64,000 bases of DNA from Blepharisma stoltei ATCC 30299. Lineage: Eukaryota > Protista > Ciliophora. The stretch lies in contig CBFDEM010000020.1 of the NCBI GenBank assembly GCA_965603825.1, positions 248,001 through 312,000 of the forward strand. Direction: 5' to 3'. The notes beneath the pieces were generated by a model. It was not told the origin of the DNA and did not search any database. It worked only from the letters and a program-made list of their open reading frames with translations. Shown piece by piece: positions 1 to 12,927 of this stretch (position 1 is its first letter; each line of letters starts with the position of its first letter). The translations under genes and the position numbers were made by a program.

Positions 1-741
1 ATTCACAGCTGGCGAATAATCCCTTGGTGTAGTATTTGAGCTTTTATATAATTTGGTTAATCCAATGTCCAATTGAATTATCACACACCTTCATAGTAGC
101 TCTAATACAACAGCTTCTTGATCATTCATGACTTTTAAAAATTTCCCAACAATTTCGTTAAGTTCTGAAAAACTGTTAATTAAGTCTTTCAAATTATCAG
201 GATTTTCTTTTAGTTTTGCATTTAAGTTGTTCATGCAGTCTCATTTTGGGATTGATTTTCCTCGAATTCTTTCAAAATTCATCCTAAGCCCAGTTTTTAA
301 AGAATTGAAGTGCTTAAGATGGTTTATTTGATCTTTAAACTGTGTCAACTTGTCTAAATCAATACTTTTTATAGAATTTATTACTTTTGTTCTATTTTTG
401 CTCAATATAAATTGATTAGAGTCATGCTTGCCAATTTTGGTTAAAGTAAGGCTTTTATCTATAACATTTTTAATAGCAATTCTTTGCGTAAATGACCCTG
501 CAGGCGAAATACCTACATTTCTTATTTTGTTCGCGATGCTATTTGATTTATTTCCTTTGGATTTGCCTTCTATATAAAAATTTTTGGTATTTGCAGGACT
601 TTTTGAGGATTCTCTTTTTGGCTTATTAACGTATTGGAAATTCAAGAATTTTGGATGAATTAACTGCTGGGAAGAAGAATCTTCTAAATCAGGAGAATGT
701 TGCTTCGAATAGCTGTCAAAAGTTTTCCTTACTGATTTCAT
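1..741 (-). CDS. Hypothetical protein, 3'-truncated by window edge
   Basis: ATG at 741. The frame stays open past TGA(241-243), read as Trp, to position 1 with only further TGAs. Confidence 0.7.
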
Positions 742-762
742 TTTTATTTAATATTAGTTTAA

Positions 763-1290
763 TTATAATAATTCAGGATCTAAATCAGATGTGTCTGATA
801 GATCACTTAGCCCATCCAAGCTAATTTCAGATAATTCCTCATTTGGTTTAATTGAATATTTTTTAACCATTTCTTTGACTTTTTTGTTATAATTTTCTGG
901 ATTTTTTAGCAATAAACTTGCTGCTTCCATGTTTAAATAAGATAAGGGATTTGGATACATAAGTAATTGAGGTATAAAAGAATCGAAAATATTTCTCAAG
1001 TCAAACATAGGGCTCCAAGTTTGATTGAGAACATCTAAGCATATTCTTCCAGTCTCCTCATTTATATTCGGATGGAAAATTTTATTTTCAAATCTGATAG
1101 ATGGAAATTTATATGGGTAATCAGTTGGGATTTCTATATGAATTTTTCAGTGCCCACCTTCGTATAAAGAATTTGGCGGTCCAAAAAAATCTAAAATCAG
1201 GTCATCCATGGTATCTTTGATGATTTCCACTTTATAATTGCTCATCATAAGGTTAATGACATCAATTTCTTTTCTTTTAGTGGATCCCAT
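763..1290 (-). CDS. UBE2H: Ubiquitin-conjugating enzyme E2, UBE2H/Ubc8-type
   Basis: MGSTKRKEIDV...YEGGH-W(TGA 1147-1149)-KIHIEIPTDYPY...KIFHPNINEETGRICLDVLNQTWSPMFDL...PQLLMYPNP. HPN motif, catalytic Cys and acidic tail are present. Confidence 0.92.
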
Positions 1291-2059
1291 ATTTATAAGC
1301 TTAAATAGATTATATATTTTTTTGATAAACCGAAATTGATTAATTTTTTGACTAAATAGGATATAAAGAATCAGAGTTTAAAAAGCCAATGATATTAATG
1401 TTTTATTCTGCCTTAAATTTATTATTTCTTACGTATCTATTGTAGATGCTAAATGCCAAATTTCATCTCCTCCTAAGGAAGACGAAATGCTTTAAACTGT
1501 AATTTTTAAGATATGTTCACTGTCTCAATTTTCTGATTTTTGCAATATTTTTTTATTGCCATATCTTAAAATTTAGAGTGGTGTAAAATCAAATTAGACC
1601 AAACTTAGCTAATTTCAGAGTTTCCTTTATCATTAGGTACAATAACTTTGCCAAAGCATCGTCTGAGTCTTTATAAGATTCAGCAATCCGCTGAAAATAA
1701 GCAAGTAACAATAAAATGGTTATTACAATATAAAATTGTAAAGAATTATTTTCTAGTCTTTCTTTTAAGTTATAAATATAATTTAATACTAATAAAATAT
1801 TGCATTCTCTTAGATGCTATATATTTACAGCTCAAATCTGATTTTCTTTGACACTTTGAAGTCTAGAAGATATACTAAAGTTTATTATAATGATTGATAA
1901 CTCAAGTCTTTCATATTTAATAAATGAGATAATCCTACTTCTTGTTAGTATTTTCAATTGCATGATGGTTTCAATATTTCCCAACGAAAATTAAGATTTT
2001 CTCTTGCCATCTTATCGCAGTTATTAAGCTCAGAATTTGATGTGAATAAAGAAAAATAA

Positions 2060-2395
2060 ATGTTCTTCCGCTTATGCTTAATGTGTTTTAAAGGAGAAGA
2101 TCCTAACAAAGCTTCTCAACGACAAAATAATTCGGAGCCTAAATCAAGTGCCCCAGTTAACATGCAAAAAGACGTAGAAAAATCATTAGCAAACGAAAAA
2201 GATAATAGGATCATAAATGATAACCCATCAAATTCATCTATATCATCCTCATTTGTATCAGAAAGTATATCAAGCGGTGAAAAGTCGCCGATAACAACTC
2301 CTACACCAAATAATGGCACAAAATCGAACCAAGTTAGAAAACTAACTGGCGGATTCCAAAGAGCAAAATATAAAAAAAATAATGGGAAGAGTTAA
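2060..2395 (+). CDS. Small Ser-rich hypothetical protein with N-terminal cysteines
   Basis: 111-aa ORF with an A-rich start context and a TAA stop. Confidence 0.6.
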   Translation: MFFRLCLMCFKGEDPNKASQRQNNSEPKSSAPVNMQKDVEKSLANEKDNRIINDNPSNSSISSSFVSESISSGEKSPITTPTPNNGTKSNQVRKLTGGFQRAKYKKNNGKS

Positions 2396-2584
2396 TTGTA
2401 AATTTATACAGTGCCAGAAGGTTTTTAAATAGCAATTTAGAATCTATTTAATATTTTATTGATACTTTATATCGCAATTTCGCTAAAATATAATTATGTA
2501 TGATTAGAGAAGTATCATAGAAAAGGTTTTAGATAAATTGGGATACAATCCTGCAATTTTGCTATATTCTTATTAAATGCTCAG

Positions 2585-2900
2585 AAAATGTTAAATATCT
2601 TTCCCATGCCGATTGTGTAAAGCAATATTTTTATTTGAGATGCAAAAGCCATCCTACATCCATCAATAAATGCTTGGATTTCTTCAATTTTTATGGAATA
2701 TTTCTAGGGAGCAAAATAGAATTTTAAAAGCCAAACTAAAAAAATTGAAACTTTGTTTTCTCAAAGCCTTATGTTGGAGTTAAGGAGCAGATCCTATCAT
2801 TTTTTCTATATATTCTATAGCATGAGATTTCTGATTATGCTTTACATAATATATGGATTGAGATTACAATTTTGTCTCCCAAATTAGCTTATTTGTATCT
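2585..2900 (+). pseudogene. Decayed Upf1/SETX-like SF1 helicase relic (duplicate of ~12545-12845)
   Basis: LHPSINAWISSIF(Y)G at ~2654-2698 resembles the QYRMHPxIxxFxSxxFY motif, followed by DPIIF. Frameshifted. Confidence 0.45.
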
Positions 2901-2989
2901 TAAAGCAGTGTTTCACAGCAACTAAAATGCTTCTACTGTATAAATGATATTTGCTGAAACAGCTAAAATAAAATCTTACTTAATAGATA

Positions 2990-5900
2990 TTAAATATTAA
3001 GAAATTGCTTTAATTTTTCTATCTGATTTACGTCTTCTCTATTAAGGATAAACACATCATTCAATTTTCGAAGTATATGATTTCTATACATATTGAATTC
3101 TCCTTTAAAATTATTTGAATGATATAAAAATATAGAGTTTGTTTTAGGCCACAAGACTATTTTTCTATTTGAAATGTAAAATGGTAATCAAATCCCATCT
3201 ATAAATGATTCGGTTTTTACAGTAAAATCGCATTTATTTAATGCTGATTTTATAAGATTGATGAACGACGTATCAATTCCAAAATAGTTGAAATAATCAA
3301 ACTCACGCCAGTATTGTCGAGTTTTTTGATCAAGAATATCTACTCCTTTAAAATCTGGGTCCATTCTAATATGATTTGCAAGTAAAAAGTGTTTGAAAGT
3401 AGGCTGCTCACAGTCAAAATATTGGCTGTTCTCTATATGTCTCATTATAGTTGATTTATCTGCGTTAAAAGAAATCAGCCCGTATATCCAGTTTATATAT
3501 TCTAAATCATTTTGAAATATAATTTCTTTATTCTCAGCATAATCTATGAGATTTTGGGCCATATCTGTTGCCCATTTCTGCTTTTCAAATCTTAAATCTG
3601 CCAAACATGAAATCGTCCTTGCCAGATAGCTTGAACTAAAGTTATCTGCATTATTGCAAACAGCTAAAATAGCATCTTTGTTAGATATCCCAACAGTTTT
3701 CATTTTTTCAATCAGCATATCTCTCGAGTTTTCATTATTTTGATATTTAGAACTAATGCTATTTTTCGATATTATAAATCCAAAATTTAAATCCTCAAAC
3801 ATTTCCTTATTGGCTAAATTAAGCATGAAGTCAAGGTCTGTAAATTTTAAATATCCAATATTTTGCAAAATCAATTTCTTTGTTAGAGATGATATCGTCT
3901 TAAAAAGATCTAAATGCTGATTTATATTCACTTCTCAAAGCATCCTAAGCATAATTATCATATAAGATAGCTCTAATTTTGAAATGGTTTTATTTAAAAA
4001 ATTGCTAATAAATCTATCAATTTCTTTAGTTTCTGGATGATATCAATATTTTTCAATTGCTGTTTTTATGAATTTAGGTTCTAATCTATCATTAAAAATT
4101 TTTTTTATAAGACTTTCCCTTAGCTTCATATCAGAGCATTTTGAAGAAATCGCTAATATGCTCCATCAATCAGTTTTCTTCATATAAGCATAATTAGAGA
4201 CAATTTTATCAGCTAGTTCTGCATCGAGTTTTCCTAAAATTGCTGCAATGGATAAGATTCTGATATTGTTTTTACTGAAAATAGTTTCAATTGGTGAATC
4301 TTTTAGCAAGGTGGATGCACCAGCAAATAAATCTTCCATTATGCTGAAGTCAGAATTTGCTAATAGATGTACAAAGCAATGATTTTGTCGATAAATATAT
4401 TCCTCATTTAATAAATAATAAGGATCCATCCTATTTAGAATCTGGGCAAAGTCATTAAGCACTTCTGCATCATGCACTTCAATAATTCTTTTCATCGACT
4501 CACTTATTCATCTTGGTGAAAGATTATTCTTATAAGCTTGCAATATAAAAATTATTGCTTTAAAAGATCCCTTATAAAATCTTATTGCTTTTCAAACTTC
4601 TTCTGATGAAAATAATTTTTTATTTTCAATGAAAAAATTTTCCCACTTCGCAGGATCAGATTCGTAAAATAACATTGAAAAATATAATCTATTAATACTT
4701 GAATCTCATGTTTTTAAGGAATTACAAACCTCATGCTGTAATGGTTTTAAAACTTTAGAGTATTTCGAACTATTGTCATTATAACTTATCAATCGGCAAA
4801 AATTTGAAATATTAGCTCTTCTTAAAGAAAGCCATACTTTTAGGTCATCTATCAAAACGTCTTTAATTTTTTCCAGACCATACAGCTGGGATGCTTTTAA
4901 ACTTTCAATGGTTCTCAAAATATCTAATTTGTAGGAAATTTCAAAATCTTTAATTTTCGTACCATCAATATATATAAGTTTTTTGACTATGATAAAATCT
5001 GTTAAGGGAATAAGTTTTCCTTTGTTATTGATGAATATCTTCGTAGCTTTTTGAAACAACTCCAAACTTTGATCAGGCAAAGAAGTTGTGTTCTTTAATT
5101 GCTCTGCTAATAATTGGGCAGTTTGGGAATCAATAATTGGCTTCAGAAGATCCAGTATTTCCTTTAAGTTCTCTACTCCTATGAATTTGCAAGACAATTT
5201 TGACTTTATTATTTTAAAGCATTTTGAAATTATTTTTTCGATAATAATAGCATTCTTTGATTCTTCTTTCAACAAAAAAGCCAATTTAATTACAAATTCA
5301 ATAGGCTGTTCATCTTCAAGCAGTTTATCAACTCTCTCTAATACTTGAAAGTATGTATTCAAACCAAAGCGATTATGATTCTTATAAAATTCAAGAACTA
5401 AAAGTAAATCATTATCTTTTCATCTTGGAATAGTTTTTTCTATAGTTTTTGCAAAGATTTTAAAGCTTTCTTTGAACTCTATTTTTGATAATGAATGCAA
5501 AATTTTTGCAAAAGATTTCATATCAAGCTCTTCTTGGCTGCTAAGCTGAAGGATTCTGCTCATGAACTTTTCAGAAGAAAAAAGGTGTTTGCCACATCCA
5601 ATAAAAATTTGTGAAATTTCTTCCAAAGTTAATGATGATGAGTCATTAACAATTTTTTCAATTTCATTTTTAATCTCTTCAATAAAAAATCCTAAAGGGA
5701 CTACATTTTCATAAATTCATAAAATTTGCTTTCGACTAAAAGAATGACTAGATATAAGCTCATTTATGCGAGAAATCAATATTTTCTTTTTATTTTGTGG
5801 TAAATAATAAGCATTGAATGATTTACCTGAGCCCGAAATTCATTCACAATAATTGAGTACCCCTTGAGAGTCGAGTTTATTTAAATTATTCTCAACTTCG

Positions 5901-6139
5901 CTTATGATTTGATCTAGCTTGCCTATTGCTTCTATTAAACTATTTTTTGGAACATCTTTAGCAATTTTAAGTGTGTAAGCAAGCATTGGAAGAGATGCTC
6001 TTGGTATATCTATTCCGTCTAGAAATGAATTGAAATTTTTAGAACTCAAAAATTTCATGTCAATTATAGCTTTGTTAACCCCCTGCATCTGTGCAAATGA
6101 TCGAGATGAAGTTTTGATTAAAAACCTTATCCCCAACAT
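2990..6139 (-). CDS. Putative mitochondrial helical-repeat protein with C-terminal RAP-like domain, copy 1 (1049 aa)
   Basis: Five listed ORFs share one frame joined by about ten TGA=Trp codons; TAA at 2990-2992. Presequence-like N-terminus MLGIRFLIKTSSRSFAQ. C-terminus ESFIDGIWLPFYISNRKIVLWPK...FKGEFNMYRNHILRK is RAP-like (inference). Confidence 0.8.
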
Positions 6140-6221
6140 TTTTATAAATACTTATTTTAGACTTTTGAAAAATTTATTTGTGAATATTTGTAAGATTATA
6201 GGAATTTCACGTCTAATTAGA

Positions 6222-7040
6222 TTGGATTATTTCATAATTGATGATGCTTGCCAAAGCGTTGAACTATCCTGTCTGATTCCTTTTGTATATAATCCAAGGC
6301 ACGCCATATTAATAGGAGATCCCACCAGCTCCAGCCAACAGTTTTTGGAGATTACAATAACTTTACCAGAGGATATAATCGATCTCTATATGAAAGACTT
6401 GAAACTCTCAAGCACTTTATAACCAATATCGGATGCCTTATATAATCTGTATATGGCCATCTCTGCAATTTTATAATGGAAGGCTAGTCAGATCAAAAAA
6501 TTCACCTTATGAAAAGCCAGAATGAGTTCCAAAGGGAAAAGAGCTGCTCTTTTTCGACTTGATCAATTCATCACAGGCTTTTGATGGGCGCTCTAGATAA
6601 AATATACAAGAAATCCGCTTGATACACATTTTAATTCAGAAGCTCAGAAAATTAAACCCAGATATAGATATTGGAATTATTTCACCTTACAAAGCACAAG
6701 TTAGAGAAATGAAAAAATATTTTATTCAAGAAAACACAAATACAGAAAATATAGCAATTCATACAGTCGATGGCTCTTAAGAACATAAGAAGGATGCAAT
6801 AATTTTTAGCAGTAGCTACACAATCCCCATATGGCTTCATGTCTGATGATAAAAGACTAAATGCTGCTTTTACCAGATCAAAGCACATCCTATGGATATT
6901 GGGAAACTTAGAGCGATTGGAATCAAATATTTTATGAAGGAGCTTCATCAGTCATTTGAAAAATATGGAACGGAGTCGAATTAGAAGGATCTTTGACGGA
7001 AGAAATTCTCAAAGGGAGCTCGAAAGGTTTTAATAGTCTT
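6222..7040 (+). pseudogene. Upf1/senataxin-like SF1 helicase C-terminal fragment (AAA_11/AAA_12)
   Basis: IIDDACQSVE, ILIGDP, NQYRM..WPSLQFYNG, IGIISPYKAQV, HTVDGS*(TAA), GFMSDDKRLNAAFTRSKHILWILGN. It has frameshifts and stops and no 5' half. Confidence 0.85.
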
Positions 7041-7637
7041 TATTATTTATTTAATAAAACTAAATTTATTAATTATTAGAAATTTAAGAATTAATTTTTT
7101 ACTAAAACTTTATTCCACTACTACCACTACAAATTCTTAGGCTTTTGATCAATTTGCGTTTCACACTGTTAATCATATAAGAGTTTCAATTAAAAATTCA
7201 TTTTAAAATTTACATTCTCTGAGATTTATAAATTATTGAGGTTCTTTTTCTCTCTTCACAAAATTATGATAAAAGTGCCAGCTGATAAAAAATCTATTTT
7301 TAAATCAAATAATATTAGTTACTCATTATTTAAGGAATTTATATATATTTTGCAGCTATTTAAGCTTCAATATGATATATAATTTATTTGTATGCTTCCA
7401 TAGAAGCATGAAAAGATCTATTGCTTAACCATTAATTCTGAAGGTACTTTTCTCATTTCCAAGAAGTAGTAATGTTATTAAATTTTCTTAAAATATTGAG
7501 TTAGCAAAACTTATTAATATTGACAAATGCCTTACATAATTAATCCTTAAAGCAGTGTTCCACAGTAGTTTAAATAACTTCTACTGTATAAATAATATTT
7601 GCTGAAACAGCTAAAATAAAATCTTACTTAATAGATA

Positions 7638-10600
7638 TTAAATATTAAGAAATTGCTTTAATTTTTCTATCTGATTTACGTCTTCTCTATTAAGGATAAG
7701 CACATCATTCAATTTTCGAAGTATATGATTTCTATGCATATTGAATTCTCCTTTAAAATTATTTGAATGATATAAAAATATAGAGTTTGTTTTAGGCCAC
7801 AAGACTATTTTTCTATTTGGAATGTAAAATGGTAATCAAATCCCATCTATAAATGACTCAGTTTTTACAGTAAAATCGCTTTTATTCAATGCTGATTTTA
7901 TAAGATTGATGAACGACGTATCAATTCCAAAATAGTTGAAATAATCAAACTCACGCCAGTATTGTCGAGTTTTTTGATCAAGAATATCTACTCCTTTAAA
8001 ATCTGGGTCCATTCTAATATGATTTGCAAGTAAAAAGTGTTTGAAAGTAGGCTGCTCACAGTCAAAATATTGGCTGTTCTCTATATGTCTCATTATAGTT
8101 GATTTATCTGCGTTAAAAGAAATCAGCCCGTATATCCAGTTTATATGCTCTAAGTCATTTTGAAATACAATTTCTTTATTCTCAGCATAATCTATGAGAT
8201 TTTGGGCCATATCTGTTGCCCATTTCTGCTTTTCAAATCTTAAATCTGCCAAACATGAAATCGTCCTTGCCAGATAGCTTGAACTAAAGTTATCTGCATT
8301 ATTGCAAACAGCTAAAACAGCATCTTTGCTAGATATCCCAACAGTTTTCATTTTTTCAATCAGCATATCTCTCGAGCTTTCACTATTTTGATATTTAGAA
8401 TTGATGTTATTTTTCGATATTATAAATCCAAAATTTAAATCCTCAAACATTTCCTTATTGGCTAAATTAAGCATGAAGTCAAGGTCTGTAAAATTTAAAT
8501 ATCCAATATTTTGCAAAATCAATTTCTTTGTTAGAGATGATATCGTCTTAAAAAGATCTAAATGCTGATTTATATTCACTTCTCAAAGCCTCCTAAGCAT
8601 CGCTATCATATAAAAAATCCCATTTGATCGCTCTAAATTTGAAATGGTTTTATTTAAAAAATTGCTAATAAATCTATCAATTTCTTTAGTTTCTGGATGA
8701 TATCAATATTTATCAATTGCTCTGATAATGAATCGAGGCTCTAATTTATCATTAAAAATGTTTTTTATAAGACTTTCCCTTAGCTTCATATCAGAGCATT
8801 TTGAAGAAATCGCTAATATGCTCCATCAATCAGTTTTCTTCATATAAGCATAATTAGAGACAATTTTATCAGCTAGTTCTGCATCTAGTTTTCCTAAAAT
8901 TGCTGCAAGGAATAAGATTTTGATATTGTTTTTACTGAAAATAGTTTCAATTGGTGAATCTTTTAGCAAGTTGGATGCACCAGCAAATAAATCTTCCATT
9001 ATGCTGAAGTCAGAATTTGCTAATAGATGTGAAAAGCATTGATTTTGTTGATAAATATATTCCTCATTTAATAAATAATGAGGATCCATCCTATTTAGAA
9101 TCTGGGCAAAGTCATTAAGCACTTCTGCATCATGCACTTCAATAATTCTTTTCATCGACTCACTTATTCATCTTGTTGAAAGATTATTTTTATAAGCTTG
9201 CAATATAAAAATTATTGCTTTAAAAGATCCCTTATAAAATCTTATTGCTTTTCAAACTTCTTCTGATGAAAATAATTTTTTATTTTCAATAAAAAAATCT
9301 TCCCACTTCGCAGGATCAGATTCGTAAAATAACATTGAAAAATATAATCTATTAATACTTGAATCTCATGTTTTTAAGGAATTATAAACCTCATGCTGTA
9401 ATGGTTTTAAAACTTTAGAGTATTTCGAACTATAGTCATTATAACTTATCAATTGGCAAAATTTTGAAATATTAGCTCTTCTTAAAGAAAGCCATACTTT
9501 TAGGTCATCTATCAAAACGTCTTTAATTTTTCCCAGACCATATAGCTGGGATGCTTTTGAACTTTCAATGGTTCTCAAAATATCTAATTTGCAGGAAAAT
9601 TCAAGATATTTAATTTTCGTACCATCAATATTTATAAGTTTTTTGACTATGATAAAATCTGTTAAGGGAATAAGTTTTCCTTTGTTATTGATGAATATCT
9701 TCGTAGCTTTTTGAAACAACTCCAAACTTTGATCAGGCAAAGAAGTTGTGTTCTTTAATTGCTCTGCTAATAATTGGGCAGTTTGGGAATCAATAATTGG
9801 CTTCAGAAGATCCAGTATTTCCTTTAAGTTCTCTACTCCTATGAATTTGCAAGACAATTTTGACTTTATTATTTTAAAGCATTTTGAAATTATTTTTTCG
9901 ATAATAATAACATTCTTTGATTCTTCTTTCAACAAAAAAGCCAATTTAATTACAAATTCAATAGGCTGTTCATCTTCAAGCAGTTTATCAACTCTCTCTA
10001 ATACTTGAAAGTATGTATTCAAACCAAAGCGATTATGATTCTTATAAAATTCAAGAACTAAAAGTAAATCATTATCTTTTCATCTTGGAATAGTTTTTTC
10101 TATAGCTTTTGCAAAGATTTTAAAGCTTTCTTTGAACTCTATTTTTGATAATGAATGCAAAATTTTTGCCAAAGATTTCATATCAAGCTCTTCTTGGCTG
10201 CTAAGCTGAAGGATTCTGCTCATGAACTTTTCAGAAGAAAAAAGGTGTTTGCCACATCCAATAAAAATTTGTGAAATTTCTTCCAAAGTTAATGATGATG
10301 AGTCATTAACAATTTTTTCAATTTCATTTTTAATCTCTTCAATAAAAAATCCTAAAGGGACTACATTTTCATAAATTCATAAAATTTGCTTTCGACTAAA
10401 AGAATGACTAGATATAAGCTCATTTATGCGAGAAATCAATATTTTCTTTTTATTTCGTGGTAAATAATAAGCATTGAATGATTTACCTGAGCCCGAAATT
10501 CATTCACAATAATTGAGTACCCCTTGAGAATCGAGTTTATTTAAATTATTCTCAACTTCGCTTATGATCTGATATAGCTTGCCTCTTGCTTCTATTAAAC

Positions 10601-10799
10601 TATTTTTCGGAACATCTTTAGCAATTTTAAGTGTGTAAGCAAGTATTGGAAGAGAAGCTCTTGGTATATCTATATCGTCTAGAAATGAATTGAAATTTTT
10701 AGAACTCAAAAATTTCATATCAATTATAGCTTTTTTAACCCCCTGTATCTGTGCAAATGATCGAGATGAAGTTTTGATTAAAAACCTTATCCCCAACAT
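7638..10799 (-). CDS. Putative mitochondrial helical-repeat/RAP-like protein, copy 2 (1053 aa)
   Basis: Near-identical to copy 1. Single frame with TGA=Trp; TAA at 7638-7640. Confidence 0.8.
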
Positions 10800-11899
10800 T
10801 TTTATATTAGCTATTTTACTTTAATTAATTTATCGGCCTGAATATCAAAAAGTGCTAAAATCTATAATTTATAAACTTAAATAAAAAGATTATCATATTT
10901 GAAAGGATTTACTTGGCAATATTTGTGGTAGCTTGGCTTGTTACTTGAAAAGCGGAAAGTAATCTATCTATTCGAAAGCCTATCTATATAATGTGATAAT
11001 GAGGCTGGCATTTCTGCTCAATTATGGCTCCAAGTGGCAAACTTGCCCATTTCTATTCTTTAAAGACTCTGGGGGCAAATTTTCGAACTTTTTTCTTGTG
11101 GACTACAAGTAGCTGAAAATGAGATTTTCCTCTAGCGCTTGGCGAGACCTTAAATTCATATCTATTTAGGTCGATATCATGTGCCAGAGATATTAACGCT
11201 ACGAGAAATCGTTTAATAGAGAGACACGACAAGTGCATGCCCGATAGCGTGTTTATCAAAACTGAATTTAATGAAAGCTCTCCTTTAAAAGTTTGCTTAA
11301 GACTTGCAAATTGATGCTATAAGATTTCTGAATTATATTAAGAAAATATTTAGTCAAGACTTCAAACGAATATTTCTCAAGCTTGAAATTCAAAAATTCA
11401 GGATATATTTGCAGAGATTGCTGCATAAACTTTCATATTAATGATAGCACTGAATATCTAATGATTGGAGCTGGAGAAATCTTGAGTGTCAACTTCATAA
11501 CTAAGTCAGAATTAATAAACCACGAGTTTTTCAGAATCTCCCATTTATGAGATATTTAAGTTAAAATATATAAAAAAGGATAGCTTCAGATAAATGATAA
11601 TATATATTTCAATTGATAGGCAATTAGGAGTTTTCATGTCTTTTATTATTTGGATTCATAAATTTCATCAGTAAGTTAAATTTCTGCTCTCAAAATATTT
11701 GAAACAATCAAAAGGAAATAGCCCCCAATAAATATGGAAATCAGCACTTTATCGAAGACTCAGCACTTGAGATATTTCACTGCATCGAAGAAATTCTGGT
11801 GGGATTATATGATTGAGAACTCACATAATCCACTCAAGAGGACTAATAGTGTTACAGATGATCCCTACTCCCCAAAAGAAGCAAAAATCTAACAATTTA

Positions 11900-12845
11900 G
11901 ATGAAAATAATCAAGGTCCATTATCTAAAAATGGCAGACCAAAGCAGAGCAATTAAAATTAATTAAAAATTCCAATAAAGACCTCAAAGAATGGATATTG
12001 GAATGTGATTTGAATTATCTTTCAGAATAGATAAGAGAAGAAAAAGTCCAAATATATTTAACAAAATGCAAAAATATCGAAGCTAGCTACTTGAATCATT
12101 TCTGCATGAATTCTCAAAATTAATTTGCCAAAAATATAGCGAAAACTGCTGCACTGCAAAAAAAGTAATTCTAAAGGTTGATAATGAAAAAAATTATTAC
12201 ATTGAATACCAGAAAATTTAAAACTGCACAAAAGAGAAATCACTATTTTCCTGAAAACACAATATGATATGATATAGAAAGAAGAAGTCCCATACACCTT
12301 TATTGGAATTTCAAGGGGTCATAATTGATGAATAGGTTTTGACATTAAAGTATCACGCGTAAAAAAAGATGTTGAAAAACGGTGAATGATTTCTATAGGT
12401 GATTTTTTAAGTGTAAGTAGAGAATATTCGACATTATCTCTTCTAAATAGCTTCAATCTCATTGACTATCTGCTTGATCCAAAGAAACAACCATTATACA
12501 AAAATTTTCCTGGTCAGACGAAAATATACATTAAATGTTCAAAAAATGTTTAATATCTTTCTTTATGCCGATTGTGTGCAAAAGTCATCATACATCTATC
12601 AATAATGCTTGGATTTCTTCAATTTTTTATGGAATATTTCTAGGGAGCAAAAATAGCTATTTGAAAAGCCAAACTAAAAAAATTGAAACTTTACTTTGTC
12701 AAAGCTTATGTTAGAGTTAGCCAGCAGATCCTATCATTTTTCTGTATATCCTGATAGCATGAGTTTTCTGATTATGCTTTCCATAATATATGGATTGAGA
12801 TTACAATTTTGTCTCCCAAATTAGCTTATTTGCATCTTAAAGCAG
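11900..12845 (+). pseudogene. Highly decayed Upf1/SETX-like helicase relic
   Basis: Ordered remnants: QGP (~11912), LEFQGVIIDE* (12303-12335), MISIGDF (12386-12406), LSLLN (~12433), SI.NAWISSIFYG (~12596-12633), DPIIF (~12727). Many stops and frameshifts. Confidence 0.5.
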
Positions 12846-12927
12846 TGCTCCACAGTAGTTTAAATAACTTCTACTGTATAAATAATATTTGCTGAAACAG
12901 CTAAAATAAAATCTTACTTAATAGATA

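Noticed and set aside
5088-5348. Short antisense ORFs (also 9748, 15041, 16598, 23108, 38044, 50600, 56538 and others)
   Set aside because: Shadows of real genes on the opposite strand, with no motifs.
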